From the IMG/VR virus record IMGVR_UViG_2778261247_000010: a stretch of DNA of 6,502 nt; one strand, given 5' to 3'. This DNA is from a virus. Taxonomy: Duplodnaviria; Heunggongvirae; Uroviricota; Caudoviricetes. The notes under the pieces are model-generated. The model ran no database searches and was not told the origin of the DNA. It saw only the letters and a program-made list of their open reading frames with translations. This document shows, piece after piece, positions 6,438 to 6,502 of the stretch. Numbering within the stretch: the stretch's first letter is position 1; each line of letters begins with the position of its first letter. Made by a program: the position numbers and the translations under genes.

Positions 6438-6502
6438 ATCAGCACATAATTTCCCATTATACGCGCGTATAATGGGAAATTATGTGCTGATATGTTCTTG
6501 AT
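6427..6502. other. Telomere resolution site (tos/telRL-like protelomerase target): perfect 76-bp palindrome
   Basis: Arms 6427-6464 (ATCAAGAACATATCAGCACATAATTTCCCATTATACGC) and 6465-6502 are exact reverse complements, centred on ACGCGCGT. The core TATCAGCACAtAATTtCCCATTATACGCGCGTATAATGG closely matches the N15 telRL as I recall it, with the central telO-like segment identical. The palindrome reaches the last base of the window. Confidence 0.8.

Larger units (their letters stand above)
1..6502. mobile_element. Segment of an N15-like linear phage-plasmid (tail-fibre module, sopAB partition module, telomere resolution site)
   Basis: Gene content and order (tail fibre genes -> small accessory ORFs -> sopB <- sopA <- promoter/operator, then tos-like palindrome) matches the arrangement next to telRL in N15-type linear plasmid prophages (established knowledge). 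No integrase or att site seen. Confidence 0.7.

Noticed and set aside
1-6502. tRNA, rRNA, integrase/att or insertion-sequence features
   Set aside because: No cloverleaf-like conserved tRNA segments, rRNA-like sequence, recombinase ORF or terminal inverted repeats of an IS were recognisable. The only long inverted repeat is the telomere palindrome.

Overview
This window looks like the telomere-proximal arm of an N15-like linear phage-plasmid (hairpin-ended plasmid prophage); all calls are from reading the sequence and recalled family features, with no database search run. Left to right: (1) the 3' portion of a side tail fibre gene (open to base 1) with an Ala/Ser/Thr-rich repeat shaft, an internal 189-bp in-frame duplication and a LamG/ConA-like C-terminus; (2) a translationally coupled 93-aa acidic ORF of unknown function; (3) a 346-aa fibre-like protein whose C-terminus has the hallmark of a self-cleaving peptidase S74 intramolecular chaperone domain; (4) a small three-helix membrane protein bracketed by two intrinsic terminators (moron candidate); (5) a leftward sopA-sopB partition operon of F type (type Ia ParAB) with four CTTTGC operator hexamers in exact dyad symmetry and no adjacent sopC-like centromere array; (6) about 420 bp of A+C-rich non-coding DNA with phased GAACAC repeats; (7) a perfect 76-bp palindrome ending exactly at the last base of the window, whose core matches the protelomerase target site (telRL/telO) of N15-type phages as I recall it. 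The most notable signal is the telomere-resolution site with its flanking repeat array; the protelomerase gene is predicted just beyond the right edge.
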